A stretch of DNA of 62,712 bases, counting the filler, from Stramenopiles sp. TOSAG23-3 (Eukaryota), in NCBI GenBank assembly GCA_900128585.1. It is 20 parts of 20 records of this genome, joined end to end, with 100 filler letters (N's around TTAATTAATTAA, not from the genome) between each part and the next. Parts side by side here need not be neighbours in the genome. Positions count along the whole stretch, not along the records: positions 37,758 to 40,793 come from LT644452.1; positions 40,894 to 43,928 come from LT644453.1; positions 44,029 to 47,063 come from LT644454.1; 17 more parts are not named here. The stretch is one strand, 5' to 3'. Below the pieces are notes generated by a model. That model made no database searches, was not told the DNA's origin, and worked only from the letters and a program-made list of their open reading frames with translations. Made by a program: the position numbers and the translations under genes. Below are positions 38,186 to 47,163 of this stretch, one piece after another (within the stretch, counting starts at the first letter, position 1; each line of letters starts with the position of its first letter).

Positions 38186-38590
38186 TACTATATGTACTTT
38201 ACTTTATTTATACTCTATACACGAGCTGTAAAAAGGTGTTATTACGTTATAAAGTGGTTGGCTACCAAAATATAAAAAAATCTGCGAAAAAAAGAAGAAA
38301 GAGGCCAAAAATCGATATAATAATAGCACAGCACCACAACACCATAATAATATAAAATTGTTTTTTTCTTCCTCCTCCTCCTCCTTCATTCCTCCGCGGG
38401 CTTAAACTGTGCGAAAGAAATGTTGTAGAGGTGGGCAATATAATAACGAAGGGGTTGAAAGATTCAGTCTGATTGTTATTTTCTTAAGAACGTTAACATT
38501 AAGACACTTGCATGGATCAGTGTAAAGGTGCAAATTTGATATTGAAGAAATTTGCCACGAACAATAGCTGTGGACGAAAGAGGATTGGAA

Positions 38591-39721
38591 ATGGGGGTGA
38601 AACGGGAACGCGAAGACGCTGATGGGGCAACTGCTGCGTTGAAAAAGTCGAAGAAGTCCAAGAAGGAAAAGAAGGAAAAGAAGGAAAAGAAGGAAAAGAA
38701 GGAAAAGAAGGAAAAGAAGGAAAAGAAGGAGAAGAAAGAAAAGAAGGAGAAAGAGGCACTGAAGTTAAAGGAAGAAAATCAGTCGAAGAAAGAAAACAAG
38801 GCCAAGAAAGAGAAGAAGGTCAAGAAAGAGAAGAAGGCCAAGAAAGAGAAAGCCTTTGGTGAATCCGGTGACTGTGAAAAGGAGGTCGTAAAGGAGGCAA
38901 CCCCAAGTTCAGGACCGGCTGGGTTCGGGTTTACCGCTGCAAAATCTACTGAACCAGAACCTTCGCAGCAAAAAATGCGACGCCAGATGACCAAGCAAGA
39001 GCGGAAAAAGGAGCAAAAGGAACGCAAGGAAAAAGCAACTACTGAGCTTCCAAAATTGGAGCAGCAGCCAGCAGCTTCGAAACTGGGGAAGAAGAAGAAG
39101 AAGAAAAAAAGAAACAAAAAGAATAATAACCAGAAAAAGGAAGGATCGATGGTGAAAATAAACAAAAGCAAAACTGTTATGGTCAACGGCATGCCTCATG
39201 GGGTTAAGTTACACGGAGTTCGGAAATTTTTTAAACCATGTGGCGGCATTCAGTATATCGATATTTTGAAATTTCAAGATTCGGGGAAATCGAGAGGGAT
39301 GTGCACCATCACCTTCAAGCGTGCTACAGGGGCGCAGAAGGCGATTGGTCTGACTGGCAAATGGTGGGGCAAGCGGTACGTTGAAGTCAAACCTTACATG
39401 GGTCTGGGCGAGAGCTACACGCCTCCAGATGTTGACAATTTAGACCCGGAATGTTTTACCATTTTTGTTGGGAATTTAGACTATAGTGTGACTGAGGACG
39501 ATTTACGGGGTGCATTTGAAGGGTGCGGGGCAATAAAAGAGATCCGCTGCGCGACCGACGCTCAAGGAACAGCTCGTGGGTTTGCCCACATAACCTTCGT
39601 TAGTCAAGACGGTGTACGTGCATCGGTCAAACTGGCCGGTGATCTTTTGAAGGGGCGGCCGGTGCGTGTTGATTTTGATAGCGGGCGGTCGATGGGAGAG
39701 AACGAGGGCGTTTATTTATAA
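38591..39721 (+). CDS. Nucleolin/NSR1-like protein with KKE repeats and two RRMs
   Basis: KSRGMCTITF, IFVGNL and ARGFAHITF RNP motifs. Confidence 0.85.
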   Translation: MGVKREREDADGATAALKKSKKSKKEKKEKKEKKEKKEKKEKKEKKEKKEKKEKEALKLKEENQSKKENKAKKEKKVKKEKKAKKEKAFGESGDCEKEVVKEATPSSGPAGFGFTAAKSTEPEPSQQKMRRQMTKQERKKEQKERKEKATTELPKLEQQPAASKLGKKKKKKKRNKKNNNQKKEGSMVKINKSKTVMVNGMPHGVKLHGVRKFFKPCGGIQYIDILKFQDSGKSRGMCTITFKRATGAQKAIGLTGKWWGKRYVEVKPYMGLGESYTPPDVDNLDPECFTIFVGNLDYSVTEDDLRGAFEGCGAIKEIRCATDAQGTARGFAHITFVSQDGVRASVKLAGDLLKGRPVRVDFDSGRSMGENEGVYL

Positions 39722-39772
39722 TCTGTACCGAGAGTTTAAATATTTTTGTTTTTGTGTGCGAGAAGTAAAATT

Positions 39773-39822
39773 AAAACAAGAAAATTGGCTGTTATTTAAG
39801 TAATCAAAATTAATGTACTGCG
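39773..39822 (+). repeat. Short interspersed intergenic motif AACAAGAAAATTGGCTGTT(GTT)ATTTAAGTAA
   Basis: Further copies at ~43786-43846, ~53911-53936 and reversed at ~49885-49905; partial copies at ~49828 and ~30221. Confidence 0.7.
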
Positions 39823-40039
39823 AACTGAAAACTGAAAACTGAAATCTAGAGTGTAAAATTAAAATGTGATACCTGTACCGTAAGATTACTGATTAAATTA
39901 ACAGCATAAATGTTGATTTCTATTGATATACCATTTGTTTTTTTGGTATCAGTAGTATATAATAGATTTTTGGTATCATACCATAACTTTAATATCAGCC
40001 ATCATATTTTGTTTGATTTATGCTTTCTTAGAATTAGAG

Positions 40040-40793
40040 TCACTCTCTGGCAGACTTCGGGCCTGTATTTACATTTTTTGGTGTGGCCTCAGTTTTTTCC
40101 TTCGAAGTCCCAGCCTTTGTTGAGAAAATTATTTTACGGTTCTGCTGTTCGTTCACTTTCTTTCTATGTTCCAACTTCCTTGCAGATACTCGTTGCCGTG
40201 CCCTCTGCGCCTTTTTAGTAGCTTTCGCGGCGATTTTCAACAAAGGGCTGGACTTCATGTAATTCCGATGGTGTTTCTTGTTCGGTGTTTTTCGTAATGG
40301 TGAGGGCGTGGGGGGTAGCTTCTGTTGCAGTGCGCTAGCCCTAGGGGGTGTTCGCAGGTTGGTTTTCTCCCTGCTGTCTATCGTTGTGCCCAAGTCTGTG
40401 TCTAATTGCGGCGGGGCCTGCAGCGAGCCGGCCCCCTCCCGCCGTGCACTGGGGCTGCCGCGAGGTTTGGGGAGGCGACCGGCAGAACTCGGGTACTGCC
40501 GTGCCGTGTGAAAGCTTCCTTCCCCTTCTGATGTCTGCGAGTTCTCCCTGCTCGGAGTCTTTGGTGGAGTCTTGTACGGGTCAGCCACCCCAATACTTAC
40601 AGCTGCATCTTTTCCTGCGAGCTCCCCCCCCCCTTTGGTAATAACGAGCTCGACGTCTTTTTCCACCGGGCGCGAGCGTTCGCCCTGCCCGTTGCCCTTG
40701 TTTGTTTGGTATGCTCCGTTTTCTATATTGTTCGTATTGCTGTGCAACAGAGAGAACAGTGTCGTCAACGCCATCCCGCTCCAGAACCGTCTG
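40040..40793 (-). CDS. Disordered basic C-terminal fragment of a larger protein
   Basis: Open frame from the contig edge, S/T-P rich. Confidence 0.65.
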
Positions 40794-41010
40794 NNNNNNN
40801 NNNNNNNNNNNNNNNNNNNNNNNNNNNNNNNNNNNNNTTAATTAATTAANNNNNNNNNNNNNNNNNNNNNNNNNNNNNNNNNNNNNNNNNNNNGTAATAA
40901 TCACAAAAGAAAAGAGGAGGAGATTTTTTATTTCGAGGAAAAACAGAAGTATTAATATTCGTAGTTGTATTTAGTATTTTGATAGGAATATCAAACACAG
41001 AGGCATATGT

Positions 41011-42210
41011 TTACCGGCAACCTTTCTCTAAACGATTGATATCCAATCCAGGAAATCCAGGATACCAATGGGCGAAACTAATGATTGCTTTCGCAACATA
41101 ACTAAGGCGTCTCCCTATATCAAGAAAATTTAAGTCTTTTCTACCAATGGGGGGAGGACCCTTCTCCAGGTCTTCTGTTTCTGAACCGTCAACCCCATAT
41201 TGCGAGCGTGGCGCGATAGATTTCCGGAACGTAGCAGCGAACGACATTCGTGGTTCCGTGTTTCCTTTTTCCAACATGGACGCATTCCCGCACGCCCCCC
41301 CCCAGTGAATTAAACTTGGTACCCATGTGCACAAGGCCCCAACTCCAGCTTCGAGGATTTTCGTCGCCTCCTTTTCGAGGACGCCCTTCTCCATAAATCC
41401 CAGTGCTTTCTTAGTGTTCATGTGATACAGATGGTTGGAATCGTAATGAAAATCGTCGTATTCGATCGGAATCACGCGCATCGCCCCGTTCAGATGCGAT
41501 GCGCCGGACGGATTCATTGGTACCCATGCATTTAAACTATTGAATTTTTCGGTATCCGCATCGTGGCACATGTTATACTTCATGTCCCTGTGAGATTTTC
41601 CGAAATTCCTTCCTATGTAGTTGGAGGATTCTTCACCAACATATCTACCGGTTGCCATCGGGGTTGGCCGAAGACTCCAGCAGTTTAAGTCCGGTTCCAT
41701 AAGACAATCGTTGTCGTCCAACAAAGCGCCATAAATATCAAACATTGGTTCCACGTGAAACATCCAGAATTCATCAAACAGAAATATAAATGCTGCTGGC
41801 CATCCTTCCTGCTCCAAATTCTTTACCGTGTTCCAAATCCTCCTCAGCACAAGTTTTCGCGCCTCTGTCATGTTGCTGTTGTCCACCACCGCAAACCCCT
41901 GGTTTTCAATTAGCCGCCCGGTCTCCGTCAGTTTCTCCCCACCTGCTGTCTTCAAGGAAGCGTCTTTTTGCCGCAGGGCCTCCAGCCTTTTGCTAAAATC
42001 TTCAACGTCAGATGTGCAATGTAACCCATCCGATATCGTTTCCCAATATTTAGCGTCAGAACCAAAATGAGAAATACTCTCTGCATCGCAGAAGTAAAGT
42101 CCCTGCAAACTAACCATGATGTCGAAGTTCTGTTTTTCCTGCACCGCGTTCATCGGCGTGCCATGCTCGTCCAGGTACAAGTTTTTCTGTTGCTCTAAAA
42201 TAGCTGCCAT
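41011..42210 (-). CDS. PhyH-like Fe(II)/2-oxoglutarate dioxygenase family protein
   Basis: HRD (HxD), LNAWVPM...NGAMRVIP, distal His in LIHWGG, and PRMSFA. Confidence 0.75.
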   Translation of the reverse strand: MAAILEQQKNLYLDEHGTPMNAVQEKQNFDIMVSLQGLYFCDAESISHFGSDAKYWETISDGLHCTSDVEDFSKRLEALRQKDASLKTAGGEKLTETGRLIENQGFAVVDNSNMTEARKLVLRRIWNTVKNLEQEGWPAAFIFLFDEFWMFHVEPMFDIYGALLDDNDCLMEPDLNCWSLRPTPMATGRYVGEESSNYIGRNFGKSHRDMKYNMCHDADTEKFNSLNAWVPMNPSGASHLNGAMRVIPIEYDDFHYDSNHLYHMNTKKALGFMEKGVLEKEATKILEAGVGALCTWVPSLIHWGGACGNASMLEKGNTEPRMSFAATFRKSIAPRSQYGVDGSETEDLEKGPPPIGRKDLNFLDIGRRLSYVAKAIISFAHWYPGFPGLDINRLEKGCR

Positions 42211-43214
42211 TGTTTCCCTGTATTGCTATTAATTTACTACTGTTCATTGAGATATTTTTCCTGTTCCTATTGCTGGAAACGGTGGACCTAAGTACGACGA
42301 TGGAGGTTTGAATGAAGTTTTCAACGGTCGCAGGGTCGCGTCGATCACGGACGACAAACAATCCTCCTCCTCCTCTGCCGCCATCATCACCACCACCACA
42401 AAACTCTCCCAAAACTACAACAACATATTTAATATTAAATAGGATGAAACAACAATAAAACAAAAAACAACAAAATTTGGAGGAGGGAAAAAAATTATAA
42501 AGAAGAAGAAGTAATAATTTTAAAAAAATCGCCTTTTTGTGTTTGTACCTTGCTGTGTAGATGTAAGAATATAAATTATGAATCATTCTTGCGAGGAATT
42601 ATTATTATTTCTTTTTTTCTTTTCTTCCAGCAGCAGGATAGATAATAATATAATAAATAAAATGAGAAAAGGAGGTAGGAGGAGAAGAGGAAGAAGAAAG
42701 ACGGAAATTTTTTGTTATATGTGTTTTTTTTTGTATCATCATGAAAAAATGATCATCACATTATTGCACTGTAATATATATGGAATATAGAAATAGCAAT
42801 AATGATTATTAAGGTTAAGATTCTAGAGGCCAAGTTTTTCTACCAATTATCAATTACGATTTCAGTTCCTTCCAACCCTAGTCCCAACTTGATTTTTTAA
42901 TTTAATATCTAAAAGTCTATATTATTATTATCGGGAATGATGCAGTATTTATTATTACTAAAACGCCATTAAAGCAATTGAAGGTCATCAAAGCAAGATG
43001 GAAAAGTTGCAGGAACGGGAGACCTTGCGTCGTTCGCTCCGACTTCAACAATCGCCTCGTTCAACGTCAAAGTCGCCGACACCTCCAGATGCCAAGTGGC
43101 AACGAACCGACGATGGTCCACAATAAACCCGCAAGTCGTTTTAGAATGAACGATGATGGACATTTTATCATTTTTTTAATAGATTCACAAAGGCGTAGAG
43201 AGATTGGTAAGGTG

Positions 43215-43514
43215 TCACGGTGAATCTGGTGAATAATCTGGTGAATAATCTGGTGAAACCGTGTCTAATGAAACATAATTGGTGTCCCTATTGTTTTCGT
43301 GGCCGTTCCACCAATTAGACCAAACATAATTGGTGTCCCTGTTGTTTTCGCATGCGTCGGCTCTTTGCCTGCCCCTATGGTTGCCAGCCATCCAACCCAT
43401 CCAAACCTTACATGCGGCTAAGAAAAAAATCGAAACTAAGAAAAGGATGAGGAATAATTTCCACCCTTCGTTATCCCACCCTTCGTCGTCGTCATACCCG
43501 TCGTCGCTGTCCAT
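43215..43514 (-). CDS. Small single-pass membrane protein with internal duplications
   Basis: Acidic N-terminus, one TM helix, ENNRDTNYV twice and SPDY repeats. Confidence 0.5.
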   Translation of the reverse strand: MDSDDGYDDDEGWDNEGWKLFLILFLVSIFFLAACKVWMGWMAGNHRGRQRADACENNRDTNYVWSNWWNGHENNRDTNYVSLDTVSPDYSPDYSPDSP

Positions 43515-44029
43515 GAAGCGTCTGTTTATCGGCTAGAGTGTATTACGAAACCAGCAATCGTTATGTTGATGTTGTTGCTTTTAAAGATACTCTATTCTTT
43601 CCTAAAGATGTGTTTTCTACTTAAGTGGTAATAAATCACACTGAATCGTCGATAAAAATTAGATATATATATGAATGGATTGTGAAGAGAGAGTGTTAGT
43701 TGAAAATATAATAGTATTAATTTGATTTTTTTATTTCGTTTCGTTGGTTGTCAATCACTGAGGGGGGAGGAATTTTATTAAAAAAAACAAGAAGAAAATT
43801 GGCTGTTGTTATTTAAGTAAAAAAATTAAAATTAATGTAGTACTTCGCTCGTGTCCCAAAAACCATCTTAATGACATTGTGCCTATCAAAATCGTAAATT
43901 ATTGTAGTTATCGATTCCCTTCAAATACNNNNNNNNNNNNNNNNNNNNNNNNNNNNNNNNNNNNNNNNNNNNTTAATTAATTAANNNNNNNNNNNNNNNN
44001 NNNNNNNNNNNNNNNNNNNNNNNNNNNNC

Positions 44030-45481
44030 TATTACGCATTTGATAATGATAATACGACGGAGTGGGTCTCGCACAGCAATACATACGACGTTACAACTGG
44101 TGACGCTGTTCAAACAGGCTTTTATGGAACGCCACCGGATACCATCGGTTTTCACACGAGCGGTAGTTGGGTTGGGACATACCACTGGGGTAAAGTCACA
44201 GGTGCAACAAACACCTTGGTTAGGTATCGATTATGGACTTCAAGCACCAATACCGTTTACCAGTATAACTATCATGGAGCAACGTTTACAAAGAACGCAA
44301 ACAACGAACTCGAACTTGATGTTAATGACAGCATAGGTGGTTCTAATGTACCTAACAAATTCAAAATAAATGGCGGGACTGCTATTACTGGTCCGCATGT
44401 AGTATCTGCAAAGGACGATATTGCAATTTTGGATAATTCTACTGTCGAAGCCCATTTCACAGTTCCAGAAGAACTCGCTATAGTTCTTGAAAGTAAACTT
44501 GCTGCTACAACAGATTCGGGTGAATATCTTGAAATTGATTTGGGGTCTGCTGTAGAAGCAACAACTCTTAATCTGAAGTCAATTGCTGAATACAAAGAAC
44601 CAATTATTAACATGACGGACTACTCGCAGTGCGGGTATGAGGTGACTGCTTCTCCTACTATTTCTGATGTTTTCAAACTATTTAATAATTTGACAACTCC
44701 GTCTACTGATTATTGGCTTGGTTCTAACATTTTTAATAGTTCTACTGGTAACTTGGACTATGGAAACGTTATTCCAAACCTTGGAACGGATTTCCCAAGT
44801 GGTGGGACGGTCGTTGACGGAGAATACATTGCGATAACTCTTCGAGACAAAAGGAAGCTACTTGGTTATAAATTAACGAAAGCCGACGGTAGTACCGATC
44901 AGCAGTCGCCAAAAGAATTTAAGTTATACGCACGAGAAAATAGCACCAGTGCATGGGTTCTCTTAACCTCTGAGTCGCTGACCACTGCGGTTGGCGAATA
45001 CGTATCAGGCGTTGAAAACACTGGCGGCACAAGATTCCCAAGTACAGGAGATTTGACACCTACTACAGCATATCAAACATATGCCTTGGTTATCACAAAG
45101 ATCTTTACCACCAATTCCGGTGGCTTAAGTGCTTCCAATTTGAGTGAATTTCAACTGTTCTGCCAACCCGCTGAAATTGAGAACTTTAAGTTGTACGGCT
45201 CATTGAATGGAACCTCTTGGACTTCCATACATGACCAGTCTACGTCAGCGAATATTACATCAAGTGGAACAGACTTTACCATTACTAATCCAAGTTTGTA
45301 TCAGTATTACGGATTGGTTGTGACAAAGAACGGTGGGCATAATGTAAGTTTGGGCGAAATGAAACTTAAATCAACAGATCCTGTTGATTTAAGTGAGTAC
45401 TACAAGCTTGCTGATTGGAAGACGCTCATTGCGGGTTGTGCCGACTTTGCGGCATTCAAAATAGCCGTTGCTGCTCTTTAA
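44030..45481 (+). CDS. Putative viral fibre / receptor-binding protein with discoidin (F5/8 type C-like) domains (5' partial)
   Basis: Frame open from the contig edge: YAFDNDNTTEWVS, GEYLEIDLG, DGEYIAITL, SPKEFKLYA, FKLYGSLNGTSWTSI, YQYYGLVV and SLGEMKL; T/S/G/N-rich. Confidence 0.72.
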   Translation, partial: YYAFDNDNTTEWVSHSNTYDVTTGDAVQTGFYGTPPDTIGFHTSGSWVGTYHWGKVTGATNTLVRYRLWTSSTNTVYQYNYHGATFTKNANNELELDVNDSIGGSNVPNKFKINGGTAITGPHVVSAKDDIAILDNSTVEAHFTVPEELAIVLESKLAATTDSGEYLEIDLGSAVEATTLNLKSIAEYKEPIINMTDYSQCGYEVTASPTISDVFKLFNNLTTPSTDYWLGSNIFNSSTGNLDYGNVIPNLGTDFPSGGTVVDGEYIAITLRDKRKLLGYKLTKADGSTDQQSPKEFKLYARENSTSAWVLLTSESLTTAVGEYVSGVENTGGTRFPSTGDLTPTTAYQTYALVITKIFTTNSGGLSASNLSEFQLFCQPAEIENFKLYGSLNGTSWTSIHDQSTSANITSSGTDFTITNPSLYQYYGLVVTKNGGHNVSLGEMKLKSTDPVDLSEYYKLADWKTLIAGCADFAAFKIAVAAL

Positions 45482-45565
45482 AAATATATCTTGCAGTAGT
45501 CTTCTAAAAAATATCTATTATCAATAAAGTAGAGCAAAAAAAAAAAAATGATTGACGACTTTAGT

Positions 45566-45919
45566 CTACACCAGCTCCGCGCTCTCACTGTCGAGCCAAT
45601 GATAAACGCAGAAAGCGATAGCTCTGGCCCCGCAATTCTCCTCGGAGTTAGTTTGTTCTTGGTCCTTTTCCATTCCATTTTTCTTTAAACTATCGTAAAC
45701 GTACCCGTTGGGACAAGCACAAAACCAGTGTTTTCCTTGTCCTCCTAATTTATCTGTATTTACAACGCAGTGTTTATTTTTTGGTCTTGATTGGTTTGAA
45801 GCGTAAACCCCGCCGAATGCGGGACCCATTAGTTCTCTACCAACTTGTTTTAACTGGCTTTGAAATGTGATTCCATCGGTGCCTAATAAAGATTCAATAT
45901 ATTCCACTAATTCTTTCAT
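45566..45919 (-). CDS. Adenain-like cysteine maturation protease (Polinton/virophage PRO type)
   Basis: FGGVYA..., VVNTD..GGQGKHW (His), YVYDS (Asp), Q.....NCG (oxyanion Gln and catalytic Cys), in canonical order. Confidence 0.85.
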   Translation of the reverse strand: MKELVEYIESLLGTDGITFQSQLKQVGRELMGPAFGGVYASNQSRPKNKHCVVNTDKLGGQGKHWFCACPNGYVYDSLKKNGMEKDQEQTNSEENCGARAIAFCVYHWLDSESAELV

Positions 45920-46410
45920 TCGCTGTTTTGCAATGCGTACCGAGCTTTTTTTTTTAGTTTCTTGCTGCCATAACCGCTTGTCTCTATACCTCTACTAGCG
46001 TTGGATACTTCGTGAATACCTCGTAAAATATTTCCCGTCTTTTTCTTCCCTAAACCAGCCAGCGCTTGAGCACCTAGAGCGCTTACTTCAAGAGGAGCAG
46101 CAAGTTCTGGTTGTCCGAGAGCAGCTGCGCCGATTGCGCCGGCTTGCAGGGCCAATGAACCCTGTTGGAGCTTCTTTCTTAATTTCTTTGATTTAATCAA
46201 TCTTCCACCCTCCTGTTCAAGTTCTCCCTTGTAAAAAGGATTTGAAATGGTAGCGTTTAATTCAAGCGGCTGTTCGCCTCTCTTTCTACGTAACTTAATT
46301 CTAGCATTGATTTGAGGAAGATGCTTTTGGGTCAAAAATTTGTTTTGGATTTTATGTGGGGTGACAAGCAAAATGATTGGTCTTTTGCTTCTTTGCGTGG
46401 ACGCAGGCAT
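45916..46410 (-). CDS. Basic putative virion core protein
   Basis: K/R-rich termini and a central Ala/Gly hydrophobic segment (AGAIGAAALGQPELAAPL); lies between penton and protease, with an ATGA overlap with the protease. Confidence 0.6.
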   Translation of the reverse strand: MPASTQRSKRPIILLVTPHKIQNKFLTQKHLPQINARIKLRRKRGEQPLELNATISNPFYKGELEQEGGRLIKSKKLRKKLQQGSLALQAGAIGAAALGQPELAAPLEVSALGAQALAGLGKKKTGNILRGIHEVSNASRGIETSGYGSKKLKKKARYALQNSE

Positions 46411-46454
46411 TTGGTTTTATATAGTAATAGATTTTTTTTACCAACTCCGTTGGC
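46411..46454 (-). promoter_or_regulatory. Candidate virophage-type late promoter (AT-flanked TCTA) preceded by a short hairpin
   Basis: Minus strand reads CCAAC-GGA-GTTGG TAAAAAAAA TCTA TTACTATATAAAACCAA ATG; TCTA lies 17 nt upstream of the ATG. Confidence 0.4.
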
Positions 46455-46462
46455 GAACGAAG

Positions 46463-47062
46463 TTAGTACGTAATTCTGACTCTTGCACTAAAATTCTCGC
46501 TCATAGTGTTTACAGGATCATTATTGTTGTCAAGTAATCTCCACGTAATCTGCGAGATTGTAGCTCCCGCAATGTTGCAATGCAACTTAATTGGATGTGC
46601 AAGTCGTTGCACTATTAATTGAGAGGGGCTTACGTTGGGAACAGCAACTGCGATACAATTGCTATCATCGCCACCAGTCTCGCCGTAGCCGCCTGAAATT
46701 GAGAGCCCATGGGCAATTAATTTATAATATTCCAAAGTATTGAATTTACTCACGTTGCTACCGTAAACACTGCTTTCTGAACTTGCTGACAATGATCCAC
46801 TGCCTTGGAAACCCAGAAATTCCCGCATTGTATTTCCTGCATCGCCAAAATTGATGGCGATTGTCCCGGAAGCGGTATCCGGTTGAAAATGTATTAGTAA
46901 CTTGCTCTCTGCCTGGACGGGGACAAATGAGACCGTGTTCTGGTCTAGCCCGAGGCCGATCAGGAAGTGTTGGAGTCGTAGATTAATCGAATTTAATGAA
47001 TATAATCCTTCAGGGAAGGTAAACGTTTGCGTGGCGCCAGAGCTGACTGCAGAGAACGTAAA
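46463..47062 (-). CDS. Minor capsid protein (penton, single jelly-roll), 5' partial
   Basis: The frame extends past the annotated ORF to the contig edge: TFTFPEGLYSLNSINLRL...MREFLGF...ISQITWRLLDNNNDPVNTMSENFSARVRITY, the PxGxY / LGF / RLLDxN..V...ExFS pattern of Polinton/virophage pentons. Confidence 0.8.
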   Translation of the reverse strand, partial: FTFSAVSSGATQTFTFPEGLYSLNSINLRLQHFLIGLGLDQNTVSFVPVQAESKLLIHFQPDTASGTIAINFGDAGNTMREFLGFQGSGSLSASSESSVYGSNVSKFNTLEYYKLIAHGLSISGGYGETGGDDSNCIAVAVPNVSPSQLIVQRLAHPIKLHCNIAGATISQITWRLLDNNNDPVNTMSENFSARVRITY

Positions 47063-47163
47063 CNNNNNNNNNNNNNNNNNNNNNNNNNNNNNNNNNNNNN
47101 NNNNNNNTTAATTAATTAANNNNNNNNNNNNNNNNNNNNNNNNNNNNNNNNNNNNNNNNNNNN

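Larger units (their letters stand above)
44029..47063. mobile_element. Fragment of a Polinton-like virus / virophage genome (virion module)
   Basis: Penton, basic core-like protein and adenain-like protease are co-oriented and tightly packed, with a convergent fibre-like gene; none of the host-type long GAA intergenic tracts. Confidence 0.82.

Noticed and set aside
42961-43126. Short coding-like stretch NAIKAIEGHQSKMEKLQERE...
   Set aside because: Preceded by an in-frame stop, very short and with no recognisable family; at most a relic.
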